Below are positions 1 to 8,819 of a stretch of DNA of 55,252 bases, in pieces. The stretch covers positions 1 to 55,252 of the forward strand of contig JAGRMS010000291.1 in the NCBI GenBank assembly GCA_020441135.1. Reading direction: 5' to 3'. The DNA comes from Pseudooceanicola sp. (GTDB taxonomy: Bacteria; Pseudomonadota; Alphaproteobacteria; Rhodobacterales; Rhodobacteraceae). The position numbers were made by a program, and so were the translations under genes. The notes under the pieces were generated by a model, which was not told the DNA's origin, did no database searches, and saw only the letters and a list, made by a program, of their open reading frames with translations. Each line of letters begins with the position of its first letter. Positions within the stretch are counted from its first letter, which is position 1.

Positions 1-471
1 GCTGCGCATCAGGTTGAAGCCCATGCTGTTGACGCTGACCGCTGCCGGCAGTTCTTCACGCGTGACGATATCCCCCACGCTCGCCTGCCACGACGGGTTG
101 TTCATCGCCGTGCCGCAGCCGATCAGGAAGGTAAAGGACAACAGCACCCAGGGCGTCAGCAACCCCTCGTAGGCCAGCACAGCCAGCACCACCGACACCG
201 CGCACATGAAGCATTGCGCCCAAAGCATGATCTTGCGGCGGTCGAAATTGTCGGCGAACACCCCCGCGGCCAGCGAGAACACCATGATCGGCAGCGTCAC
301 CGAGGTCTGCACCAGCGCCACCATCGCCTGGGACGAGGTGAGGTTGGTCATCGTCCAGGCCGCGCCCACCGACTGCACCAGCCCGCCAAAGTTCGACGCC
401 AGCGTCGCGATCCAGATGCTGCGAAAGGTCCGGTTGCGGAAAACGACGAGGGTAGGGACGGTATTCGGCAT
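1..471 (-). CDS. MFS transporter (5' part; runs off the window)
   Basis: Own translation from ATG at 471: MPNTVPTLVVFRNRTFRSIWIATLASNFGGLVQSVGAAW...AGVFADNFDRRKIM (MFS motif A-like), with multiple hydrophobic helices. Confidence 0.85.
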   Translation of the reverse strand, partial: MPNTVPTLVVFRNRTFRSIWIATLASNFGGLVQSVGAAWTMTNLTSSQAMVALVQTSVTLPIMVFSLAAGVFADNFDRRKIMLWAQCFMCAVSVVLAVLAYEGLLTPWVLLSFTFLIGCGTAMNNPSWQASVGDIVTREELPAAVSVNSMGFNLMRS

Positions 472-594
472 TCGGGCGGGTCCGCGTCAAGCTGGCCCCA
501 TAGGGACCAGAGCCCGCGCGCGTTGGCAAGCCTCGGCGCGCGGGGTTGGTCCGGGATTCGAGTATTTGTAAACAGAAAGAAGGGCAGGGGCCCG

Positions 595-1734
595 CTACAG
601 GCTCCGCCCCCGCGCCGACACCGGCCAGACCACCTCGACCACGCCGCCGCGCAGCCCGACGAACCAGTCGTGCAGGTTCACCGTCGGGTCGCAATGCCCG
701 GGCACCAGCCGCAGCCGGTCGCCCACCTTCAGCACCCCCTGCGGATCGTCGATGGTCCCATGCTCGTCCGACGCGCCGGTATAGGCCACGTCGTCGCGCC
801 CAAAGACCACCGGCAGGCCGCTGTCCACCGAATGCACCTTCAGCCCCGCATCGCAGACCGCGCGGTGCGGCTTCACATGGCTCATCACCTCGGTCAGCAC
901 GAACAGCGCGTTCTCCCACTCGCTGCGGTCGATCCGCTCGCCATTCGCGCCCCTGATGCGCCCGTAATCCGCATCCATGAAGGCGTAGGAGCCACACTGC
1001 AACTCGTTGTAGACGCCCGAGGCCGACTCGAAGGGGTAACTCCCCGTGCCGCCGCCCGTGACCAGCCGCGGCGGCAGCCCCGCCGCCTCCAGCGCCGCCA
1101 CCGTCGTCTTCACCTGCGCGATGGTCTGCTCCAGCTTCGCCTTGCGGTCCGCGAACAGTTCCAGGTGCTGCATCGCCCCCTGATAGGCCTGCAACCCGTC
1201 GAAAATCAGACCCTGCGCGGCGTCAACCGCCCGCGCCAGCGCCACCACGTCGGCCACATCCGTCACCCCGCAGCGCCCCGCCCCGCAGTCGATCTCGACC
1301 AGCACGCCCAGTTCCGTGCCGTGCCGAACCGCCGCCGCCGACAGTTCCGCCACGTTGTCGAGGTCATCGACGCAGACCGACACCCGCGCGCCGTGCTGCG
1401 GCAGCCGCGCCAGCCGGTCCACCTTCACCGCGCCGCGCACCTGGTTCGACACCAGCACATCCCCGATCCCGCCCCGCGCGAAGACCTCCGCCTCGCTGAC
1501 CTTCTGACAGCAGACGCCGTCGGCCCCGCCCAGCCTCATCTGCAACCGCGCCACGTCCACCGACTTGTGCATCTTGCCATGCACCCGGTGCCGCATTCCG
1601 TGCGCGCGCGCATATTCCCCCATGCGCCGGATGTTCGCCTCCAGCGCGTCGAGGTCCAGCACCAGGCAGGGCGTTTGCACCTCAGCCTCGCTCATACCCG
1701 GCAGGGCAGGGAGGTCGAACCCGTATTCCCCCAT
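595..1734 (-). CDS. bhcC: PLP-dependent DSD1/alanine-racemase-fold aldolase, 3-hydroxy-D-aspartate aldolase-like
   Basis: TPCLVLDLDALEANI, HGKMHKS (PLP lysine), GGGTG, ELQCGSYAFMD, SDEHG and PGHCDPTVNLHD motifs; closely resembles BhcC/DhaA as I recall it; AAGGAGG RBS. Confidence 0.8.
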   Translation of the reverse strand: MGEYGFDLPALPGMSEAEVQTPCLVLDLDALEANIRRMGEYARAHGMRHRVHGKMHKSVDVARLQMRLGGADGVCCQKVSEAEVFARGGIGDVLVSNQVRGAVKVDRLARLPQHGARVSVCVDDLDNVAELSAAAVRHGTELGVLVEIDCGAGRCGVTDVADVVALARAVDAAQGLIFDGLQAYQGAMQHLELFADRKAKLEQTIAQVKTTVAALEAAGLPPRLVTGGGTGSYPFESASGVYNELQCGSYAFMDADYGRIRGANGERIDRSEWENALFVLTEVMSHVKPHRAVCDAGLKVHSVDSGLPVVFGRDDVAYTGASDEHGTIDDPQGVLKVGDRLRLVPGHCDPTVNLHDWFVGLRGGVVEVVWPVSARGRSL

Positions 1735-1797
1735 GTCTTCCTCCTTGATGCCACATTTCCTGACGCTATATTGAGTGATAATCTACGAGGTATCGCC

Positions 1798-2148
1798 ATG
1801 CAACTTGCCTCTTGCGTCAAGGGCGACGTCTTCCGCCCCGAACTGGTGGCCGACGCCCTGCGCACCACCAAGGCCGAGATCGCATCGACCCTGGGACTGG
1901 GCCGCGACGCCTTTTCCCGGGCCGAACGGGTGCGCGCGCCCAAGACCCAGCGCCGCCTGCGCGAGATGCTGGAGATCCTGAACCGGACCGAACGCCAGGC
2001 CGGATCGGCGCTGGCCGCCTACGCCTGGTTCCGCTCCGAACCGCTGCCGGGTTTCGGCGGCATGACCCCCGACCAGCTTGTGCGCGATGGCCACGCCGAT
2101 TTCGTCCACCGCCACCTCGATCGCCTCGCCGCTGGCGGTTTCGCCTGA
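1798..2148 (+). CDS. Xre/MbcA/ParS-type antitoxin
   Basis: 116 aa from ATG 1798 (GAGG RBS); N-terminal HTH-like segment and C-terminal AWFRSEPLPGFGGMTPDQLV motif; directly upstream of RES gene. Confidence 0.85.
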   Translation: MQLASCVKGDVFRPELVADALRTTKAEIASTLGLGRDAFSRAERVRAPKTQRRLREMLEILNRTERQAGSALAAYAWFRSEPLPGFGGMTPDQLVRDGHADFVHRHLDRLAAGGFA

Positions 2149-2151
2149 GCC

Positions 2152-2667
2152 GTGCGCTTTACAGAGCCTGTTTTTCGTGCCCACAACCCCGAATGGGCCT
2201 GGTCGCCCACCTCGGGCGAAGGGGCGCGCCGCTTTGGCGGGCGCTTCAACCGGCAGGGCAGGGCGGCGCTCTACACCGCGCTCTCGCCTCTCACAGCCCT
2301 GCGCGAGGCGAGCCCGATCGGCCGCCCGATGGAGCCGCTGACGCTCTGCCAGTACCAGGTCGATTGCGCGCCCATCCTCGACACCCGCGACCCGGCCGCC
2401 TGCAAGGCGCAGGGCGTCGCCTGGGACGACCTCGCCTGCCCGGAGTGGGAGATGCAGATGCTCCGCGGCGCTCTCCCGCGCTCGCAGGCGCTGGCCGAAC
2501 GCCTGATCGACAGCGGCTTCGCGGGCATGGTCGCCCCCAGCTTTGCCCGCGGCGCATCGGGTGAGTTCAACCTTGTCCTCTGGACATGGGGCGATTCTCT
2601 CCCAACCCTCATCCGGGTCATCGACAGCACTCAACGCCTGCCCGGCAACCGCGCTTCCTGGTCCTAA
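2152..2667 (+). CDS. RES-domain toxin (NAD+ phosphorylase family)
   Basis: R-E-S triad (VFRAH, ALREA, APSF) and GARRFGGRFNRQGRAALYTA motif. Confidence 0.88.
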   Translation: MRFTEPVFRAHNPEWAWSPTSGEGARRFGGRFNRQGRAALYTALSPLTALREASPIGRPMEPLTLCQYQVDCAPILDTRDPAACKAQGVAWDDLACPEWEMQMLRGALPRSQALAERLIDSGFAGMVAPSFARGASGEFNLVLWTWGDSLPTLIRVIDSTQRLPGNRASWS

Positions 2668-2734
2668 ATCTGCCCCGGAAGCCCGCCTGTAGTGGTACAC
2701 ACCGCATCAATCGCCATATCTCGTGCATTCACCC

Positions 2735-2810
2735 TTGCCAGAATCGGTTTCATCCCGCAGTTGTTTACGCCAACACGCGATAATCCCGCAGAACAGCGTA
2801 ACTATGCGGG
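2735..2810 (+). promoter_or_regulatory. Putative repA promoter/operator region
   Basis: TTGCCA (-35-like) followed by GANTC (2741-2745); direct repeat ATCCCGCAG at 2752-2760 and 2783-2791; inverted TGCGGG at 2805-2810. Confidence 0.35.
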
Positions 2811-2822
2811 GACGAGGGCAAG

Positions 2823-3734
2823 ATGCAGATCAGCCAGCAAATCGGCCCATTGGCGGGCCGGCATGCCGATCTTCTCGCCGCACGGTTGCAACAGCACCGG
2901 GCGGCGCATCCGCCCGCACACCGTGCGTCCCGCCGCTTTACCAGCGGCGAGGTCGCCGCGTTGCTCGGCGTCCGTGACGCCTACCTGCGCAAGCTGAGCC
3001 TCGAGGGCCGCGGCCCGCAGCCCGAGACGGGGCAGGGGGGCAGGCGGCTCTACACCAGCGAAAACATCCGCGCCCTGCGCCACATGCTCGAGGCGGGCGC
3101 CAAGACCCCCGGCACCTACCTGCCGGGCCGCCGCCCCGGCGATCCGGCGCCGATTATCGCGCTGTGCGGCGCGACGCCTGTCACCGCCCATGTCGCCCAG
3201 AAATGCGCGCTCGACGGCTTCACCGTGCTTGCGCTCGATTTCGACCCGGCGGGCGGCCTGACGGCGCTCCTCGGCCCCGAAACCCTCGCCGGGTTGCGCG
3301 TCCAGACCGGCCCGACTCCCCACGCAGAGCCTGAAACCGACCTGATCCTGCTCGACTGCCCCGCCCACGCCCTGCCGCAGGCCATCTCGACGGCCACGAC
3401 GCTCATCCTCGCCGCAAGGCCCACGGCGCAAGACCTCGCCGCGCTCGACCACAACCTGCACGCCCTCGCCGACGCGCAGGCCACAGCCGACCTGCTCTAC
3501 CTCGTCACCGGCCACGATCCCGCCGACGCCGCCCAGACCCAGCTTGCCGGGATCCTGCGCGCGCTCTTCGGCGATCACGTCCTGCCGCAGACGCTCCCCG
3601 ACCTGCCGTCGGACCACACCCTTTACGACATCGCCCGTCCCCGCGCCGCCGAGGCGCGCGCGCTGGACGCGGTGAACGCCCTCGCCGCCGACCTCCAGCG
3701 CCGCATCCGCCGCGCCTGGGGTCGGCCAACATAA
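2823..3734 (+). CDS. repA: RepA/ParA-like protein, degenerate (HTH retained, Walker A missing)
   Basis: RepA-type N-terminus RRFTSGEVAALLGV..YLRKLSLEGRGP..GRRLYT; VLALDFDP and LILLDCP motifs present; the KGGxGKTT P-loop is replaced by LCGATPVT. Confidence 0.75.
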   Translation: MQISQQIGPLAGRHADLLAARLQQHRAAHPPAHRASRRFTSGEVAALLGVRDAYLRKLSLEGRGPQPETGQGGRRLYTSENIRALRHMLEAGAKTPGTYLPGRRPGDPAPIIALCGATPVTAHVAQKCALDGFTVLALDFDPAGGLTALLGPETLAGLRVQTGPTPHAEPETDLILLDCPAHALPQAISTATTLILAARPTAQDLAALDHNLHALADAQATADLLYLVTGHDPADAAQTQLAGILRALFGDHVLPQTLPDLPSDHTLYDIARPRAAEARALDAVNALAADLQRRIRRAWGRPT

Positions 3735-3760
3735 ACCAACCAAGGAGGCACGACCCGCAC

Positions 3761-3818
3761 AAAACGAAAAAGCCCCCCGGGATGGCAACATCCCAAGAGG
3801 CTCATTTCTTGATCTAGC
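3761..3818 (-). ncRNA. repABC counter-transcribed RNA (ctRNA/incA-like)
   Basis: Antisense to the repC leader; hairpin AGCCUCUUGGGAUG-UUGC-CAUCCCGGGGGGCU followed by a U-rich tail; ends approximate. Confidence 0.75.
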
Positions 3819-3824
3819 ACCTCG

Positions 3825-3854
3825 AGAATAAGAGCGTCACCGAATCACTGTCAA
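3825..3854 (-). promoter_or_regulatory. ctRNA promoter
   Basis: Minus strand TTGACAGTGATTCGGTGACGCTCTTATTCT: perfect -35, GANTC in the spacer, TATTCT -10, as in typical repABC ctRNA promoters. Confidence 0.75.
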
Positions 3855-3901
3855 GTGGGCCGCTTCCCGGCGGGCGGGAAAGTTTTGTCTCGTGAACAGG
3901 C

Positions 3902-5125
3902 ATGAACCACATCACAACGACGCCCTTCGGGCGGCGGCCGGTCTCGGCTGGCCTTCTCGCAGGCCAGGCGCTGGCCCGCGCCGCCACCCAGACGCCCGCA
4001 AGGGACAAATGGCAGCTCTTCCACGACCTGCGCGCCGCCCGCACGGCCTTTGGCGTCAGCGACCGCGACCTCACCGTGCTGAACGCGCTGTTGTCCTTCC
4101 TGCCCGAGCGTGAGTTGCGCGACGGCGAACCCCTGATCGTCTTCCCCTCGAACGCCGCGCTCTCCGACCGGGCGCATGGCATGGCCGAAAGCACCCTGCG
4201 CCGCCACCTCGCCGCGCTGGTCGCCGCCCGCCTGATCGCCCGCCACGACAGCCCCAACGGCAAGCGCTACGCCGCGCGCGGGGCAGGGGGGCAGGTGCTG
4301 CGCGCCTTCGGCTTCGACCTGCGCCCGCTGCTGGTCCAGGCCGATACCATCGCCGCCGCCGCCGAAACCGCGCGGCAGGCCGAGCAGACGCTCCACCTCC
4401 ACCGCGAAACCGCCGTGCTGCTGCTGCGCGACGTGACCAAGCTCGCCGAATACATCGCCTGCAACGCCACCCTCGACCGCGCAGCCCTTCACCGCCGGGC
4501 CTTGCGCCGCAAGCTGACGTTGCAGGACATCGACGCCATCGCCACCGGCCTGCGCGCCGATCTCGCCGCCATCACCGCGCAAATCGACCCTGTACCAGAG
4601 AAAATGGACGCCAATGCCGCCTCAAATGAGCGGCACCATACGAATTCAAACCCTGATAACTTGGATTCTGAACCCTGCCAGGAAAATGGCAGCGGGGCAG
4701 GGGCGCGCGACATCCGCATCCCGCTGGCCCTGGTGCTGAAGGCCTGTCCCGATATCCTGCCCTATGCCCGCCACGAGGTGCGCGACTGGCGCGGGCTGGT
4801 GGCGCTTGCCGACGACATCCGACCGATGCTCGGCATCAGCGACAGCGCCTGGGCCGACGCGCAGGCGACCTTGGGGCGCGAAACCGCCGCCGTCACCACC
4901 GCCGCCATCCTGCAACGCGCCGGGCACATCCGCAGTCCCGGCGGCTACCTCCGCGCGCTGACGGCAAAGGCGGCCGAGGGCGCCTTCAGCCCCGGCCCGA
5001 TGATCATGGCATTGCTGTCGGCCGACGCTCAGTCTTCGGCGTCCAGCGTCTCTTCCGCCAGGATGATGAATTCGGCGACCGAGCGATACACCGCCTCGTT
5101 GCCCGGCTTGCCGGTCCCGAGGTAG
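3902..5125 (+). CDS. repC: Plasmid replication initiator RepC
   Basis: TTTPFGRR, VLNALLSF, VFPSNAALS, STLRRHLAALV, DSPNGKRY, FGFDLRPL, IRSPGGYLRALT and FSPGPMIMAL motifs. Confidence 0.95.
   Translation: MNHITTTPFGRRPVSAGLLAGQALARAATQTPARDKWQLFHDLRAARTAFGVSDRDLTVLNALLSFLPERELRDGEPLIVFPSNAALSDRAHGMAESTLRRHLAALVAARLIARHDSPNGKRYAARGAGGQVLRAFGFDLRPLLVQADTIAAAAETARQAEQTLHLHRETAVLLLRDVTKLAEYIACNATLDRAALHRRALRRKLTLQDIDAIATGLRADLAAITAQIDPVPEKMDANAASNERHHTNSNPDNLDSEPCQENGSGAGARDIRIPLALVLKACPDILPYARHEVRDWRGLVALADDIRPMLGISDSAWADAQATLGRETAAVTTAAILQRAGHIRSPGGYLRALTAKAAEGAFSPGPMIMALLSADAQSSASSVSSARMMNSATERYTASLPGLPVPR
4590..4690. other. Putative oriV (AT-richer segment inside repC)
   Basis: Locally A/T-rich stretch in mid repC with GANTC at 4664-4668; repABC origins lie within repC. 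Confidence 0.45.
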
Positions 5126-5367
5126 GAGATGATGGTATTCTCGCCGTTTCGCGCCGTATCGCCCAGCTGGGTCATCCCCAGCGTGCCCGCGGTGCCCGCG
5201 ATCTTGTGCAGGATCGCCTGCACCTGCTCCAGCGCCTCGCGCGGGCCCAGCCCGCTCAACTCGGGGTCGCACAGCCGGTCGATATCGCCCAGCCGTTCGA
5301 CAAGCATGTCCAAGAACCGCGCCCTGATCCTCTCAAGGCCCGGCAACTTCGCCTGTGCTTCGATCAT
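5029..5367 (-). CDS. Hpt phosphotransfer protein
   Basis: LHKIAGTAGTLG Hpt motif; 112 aa, helical; ATGA overlap with the upstream regulator. Confidence 0.9.
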   Translation of the reverse strand: MIEAQAKLPGLERIRARFLDMLVERLGDIDRLCDPELSGLGPREALEQVQAILHKIAGTAGTLGMTQLGDTARNGENTIISYLGTGKPGNEAVYRSVAEFIILAEETLDAED

Positions 5368-6344
5368 CCTGCCTGCTCCGTTATCCAGAAGTCGTTCAGC
5401 ATCTTCTCGCGCTTCAACGCCTCGCTTTCGGCACTCTCATGTGCCGCAATCACCGCCTCCATGGCGTTCTTGCCTGCCCGCCAGATCAACCGCTGCGGCT
5501 GGCCCGCGCAAACCCGGAAGTCGAGCTTGCGGCCATCGCAGAAATACAGGTCCATCTGGTGCAGCGTCAGGTTGATCGCATCCACCAGCCGCTCCAGGTC
5601 GGGCCTCGCGCCTCCTTCGAGCACGCAGAGGAACGTCCCGTTGCCGGCATAGGCGATCAGGAAATTGTTCGGCTTCAGGCAATCCGAGATCGCCTCGGAG
5701 GTATCCGTAATCAGGCACTCGAACCCGAAGGCCGTCGACTCGCGGTACAGCTTGTCGATCTCGCGGATCGCGATACCGAAGACGGTCGATCCGAACATCG
5801 AACTCCGCGACAGCTGCGTCACGTAATTCTCGAAGGCGAAATAGTCGATCACCCCGTCCACGTCGAAGATCGTCACCGGCTCGTTCAACGCCACCTTCTC
5901 GGTTGCCGGGGTCTGCTGGCGCAGCTTGTTGACCGAGAAGATCTTGCGGGTCATGCCGCCCGCATCCTTCAGCCGCTGCTCGGCCGACTTGATGCGGAAC
6001 CGCACCTCGTCGATATCGAAGGGCTTGGTGATATAGTCGGTCGCCCCGGCCGCAAAGGCCCGGTCGATATAGGTCTTGTCCGACATTGCCGTGATCATCA
6101 GGATCGGAATGCGGGCGTAATCCGGCATCTCGCGCAGCTTCGCCGCCAGCTCGATCCCGGTCATGCCCGGCATCTGGATGTCCAGCAGGATGCAATCGAA
6201 CCGCTTGTGTGCCGGGTTCTGCACGATCTTCAGCGCGTCGATGGCCGACTCCGCCGTCTCGACGTCGTGCTGGCCGATGACCGTCAGCAGCTCGGACAGC
6301 AGTTCGATGATGATCGGATCGTCATCAACGGCCAGGATGCGCAT
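5364..6344 (-). CDS. Response regulator: receiver plus degenerate GGDEF-like domain
   Basis: ILAVDDD / LLDIQMP / MITA / ITKPF receiver; C-terminal GGDEF-like region with AYAGNGTF at the signature position. Confidence 0.8.
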   Translation of the reverse strand: MRILAVDDDPIIIELLSELLTVIGQHDVETAESAIDALKIVQNPAHKRFDCILLDIQMPGMTGIELAAKLREMPDYARIPILMITAMSDKTYIDRAFAAGATDYITKPFDIDEVRFRIKSAEQRLKDAGGMTRKIFSVNKLRQQTPATEKVALNEPVTIFDVDGVIDYFAFENYVTQLSRSSMFGSTVFGIAIREIDKLYRESTAFGFECLITDTSEAISDCLKPNNFLIAYAGNGTFLCVLEGGARPDLERLVDAINLTLHQMDLYFCDGRKLDFRVCAGQPQRLIWRAGKNAMEAVIAAHESAESEALKREKMLNDFWITEQAG

Positions 6345-6518
6345 GGCTTGCCTCTTTCCAACTCTGCACAGGTTGTCCGGGTTGCCGGGTCATTGCGTTA
6401 ATACATTTGCAGTTGAATGAGGCGGAAATGTGTCTCGCCCCAATTGACGGCAGGGAACGACTGATTGTGCCGCCCGTTTCCCCTGATTTCCGTGCATTTC
6501 CCAGGCGATTGAAAACCA

Positions 6519-8672
6519 TCAGCTTGCCGCCGATTGCAGGCTGGTTTCGTCGCTCCGGTGCTGCTCCAGCGCCGCCGCGTCCTTGGCCGCTTTCTCGGCC
6601 TTCGCCGCCGCCTTGGCCGCCGCGGCCGAAGCCGCCGCGCTTGCCTTCGGCAGGTCGAACTCGAACCGGCTGCCCTCGCCCACCTTGCTGGTGACCGTCA
6701 GCCGCCCGCCGTGCAGCTCGACGATCTTCCGCGCGATGGTCAGCCCCAGGCCAAACCCGCCGAACGACCGCGTATCCGACCCGTCCACCTGCTTGAAGCG
6801 CTCGAAGATCATGTCGATATTCTCCTGCGCGATGCCGACGCCGGTATCCTCGACCCCGATGATCACCCGCTGGCCCTTGTTGCGCACCGTCACCGTGATC
6901 GTGCCCTTGGGCGTGAACTTGATCGCGTTGCCGACCAGGTTGTAGATCACCTGCCGCAGCCGCGCCGGATCCGCCATCACCCGTGCCGGGGCGCACATGC
7001 AGATCAGCGACAGCCCCTTCGCCTGCGCCTGGAACTTCATCTCGTCGACGATGTTGACCGCCACGTCATTGGCCAGGATCACCTCCGGCGTCACCTTCAG
7101 CTCGCTGCCCTCGGCCTTGGCCCAATCCAGCAAGTCATTGACAAGACTCAGCAAAAGGTCGGACGCCGCGATGATCCGCTGGCCCTGTCCCGAAATCCCA
7201 TCGAACTGGTCCTGCGCCAGCTGGGCAATTTCCGCCATGTCCGGCGCGTCCTTCTGGATCGCCGCCATCAGCTTTTTCGACACCGGCAGGTTGTGTGTCT
7301 TCGCCAGGAACGCCGCCCGCCCCGCGATGGCCGTCAGCGGAGTCCGCAGCTCGTGCGACACCGTGCTCAGGAACTCCGACTGCTGCCGGGTTGCCGCTTC
7401 CGCCGCCAGCTGCGCCGACTTCTGCGCCGAGATGTCGAACCGCACGCCCACCGTATAGCCCTCCGGCGTCACCGCGTTCGACGTCTTCAGCCAGCGCCCG
7501 TCCACCAGCTGCTGCACACCGTCCGCCGCTTCCGCCTCGGCCATCCGTTCCGCTTCGGCGTCCGAGGTCAGCACCTCGGTCGCCTGGCCCTCCACGACCT
7601 CGCCGGCAGACTGCCGCCGGATCGCGTGCCGCACCATCTCGTCGTAGGGAAGGCCCGGCACCAGCTTGTCCGCCGGGATGCGGTAATATTCCGCCACCCG
7701 GCTGTTCGCCATCAGCAGCTTGTTGTCGCGGTCGAACAGCAGGAACCCTTCTTCCAGCGATTCGATGGCATGGGACAACACGTTGAAAGTCTCGTGACTT
7801 TTCACCGCGTAATGCCGGATGATCAGGATCGCCGACGCCAGCAACAACGTCACCAGCCCCACCGCCGCGGCGATCCAGGGGCTGTTCGGCGAAGATGCCG
7901 CCCAGCCGCCCACGGGAACCGCCGCGATCTGCCAGTGCCCGCCCACGACCGAGACATGTTCCGTCACCGGGTTCTCTCTGAAGATCGCCGGATCGCCGAA
8001 CAGGTTTTGCTGCACGGTGCCGTCCGCCCGCACCTCGCGCAGCGCCAGTCGCGCCGGCATGAAGGCTCCGTCCGTCACCGGAGCGCTGACCAGCCCGCGC
8101 TCCGACACCACGATGGACACAACGCCCCAGAACTTGCCCGCCTTCGCGTATTTCCCCGCCTTGAACACCGGATAGCGCAGGATATAGCCCTTGCCGCCCT
8201 GCACCAGGGTGATCGGCCCGACAAAAACCGGCGCCTGCGACCGGAATGCGCGCGCGATGCCGGCGAACTGCGACGGAATTTGCCAGTATTTCGTTCCAAG
8301 CACCCGCTCGTTGCCCTTCAACGGCGACACATGCGTCACCACCAGGTCCGGCGCGATGGCGACGGAAATCACCTCGCCGTGGTGCTGCAACAGCTGGTTC
8401 GCGATCTGCTCGAGATCGTCCCTCGACACGCCTTCCGCGCTCGAGGCCAGCGTTCCCAGCCGCTCGGCCACCAGCCCCATGCCGAACAGCTTCTCGCGCA
8501 GCTCGTTGGCCGTCCGCCGGATCTCCGCCCCGGCGGCTGCCCGCTGACCTTTAACATAATAGGCATTATCCCGCTGTATCAGCACGAAGCCGACACTCAG
8601 GCAGATGACCGACACCGCGACGGCGAAGGTCACATAGGAATGCGAGATGTTCCTGGCGAATTTCCGTATCAT
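6519..8672 (-). CDS. Membrane sensor histidine kinase (CHASE-PAS-HisKA-HATPase)
   Basis: Two TM helices flanking a CHASE-like region (GPITLVQGG, FWGVVS); SHELRTPL H-box, NLVGNAIKFT, DTGVGI, GFGLGL; start placed at ATG 8672. Confidence 0.9.
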   Translation of the reverse strand: MIRKFARNISHSYVTFAVAVSVICLSVGFVLIQRDNAYYVKGQRAAAGAEIRRTANELREKLFGMGLVAERLGTLASSAEGVSRDDLEQIANQLLQHHGEVISVAIAPDLVVTHVSPLKGNERVLGTKYWQIPSQFAGIARAFRSQAPVFVGPITLVQGGKGYILRYPVFKAGKYAKAGKFWGVVSIVVSERGLVSAPVTDGAFMPARLALREVRADGTVQQNLFGDPAIFRENPVTEHVSVVGGHWQIAAVPVGGWAASSPNSPWIAAAVGLVTLLLASAILIIRHYAVKSHETFNVLSHAIESLEEGFLLFDRDNKLLMANSRVAEYYRIPADKLVPGLPYDEMVRHAIRRQSAGEVVEGQATEVLTSDAEAERMAEAEAADGVQQLVDGRWLKTSNAVTPEGYTVGVRFDISAQKSAQLAAEAATRQQSEFLSTVSHELRTPLTAIAGRAAFLAKTHNLPVSKKLMAAIQKDAPDMAEIAQLAQDQFDGISGQGQRIIAASDLLLSLVNDLLDWAKAEGSELKVTPEVILANDVAVNIVDEMKFQAQAKGLSLICMCAPARVMADPARLRQVIYNLVGNAIKFTPKGTITVTVRNKGQRVIIGVEDTGVGIAQENIDMIFERFKQVDGSDTRSFGGFGLGLTIARKIVELHGGRLTVTSKVGEGSRFEFDLPKASAAASAAAAKAAAKAEKAAKDAAALEQHRSDETSLQSAAS

Positions 8673-8819
8673 GTCACCGTGCCGTTCCTGTTGTTCCGCT
8701 GACACCCCCGCACTCGCGGATACGGCGCCACCCCCCGGCAGATATGTGACGAGTCGAATTGGCAGAATTGAGGCAAAATTGAAGACAATCACGCAGACCT
8801 GGCAGGGTCCGGCGCCTCG

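Noticed and set aside
214-2148. 644-aa ORF
   Set aside because: Antisense to the MFS gene and bhcC; only the last 116 codons (antitoxin) look real
2760-2774. GTTG-N7-CAAC upstream of repA as parS
   Set aside because: Only 4-bp arms and wrong length for a 16-bp parS palindrome
5364-6344. Active PleD-like diguanylate cyclase
   Set aside because: The GG(D/E)EF signature is absent
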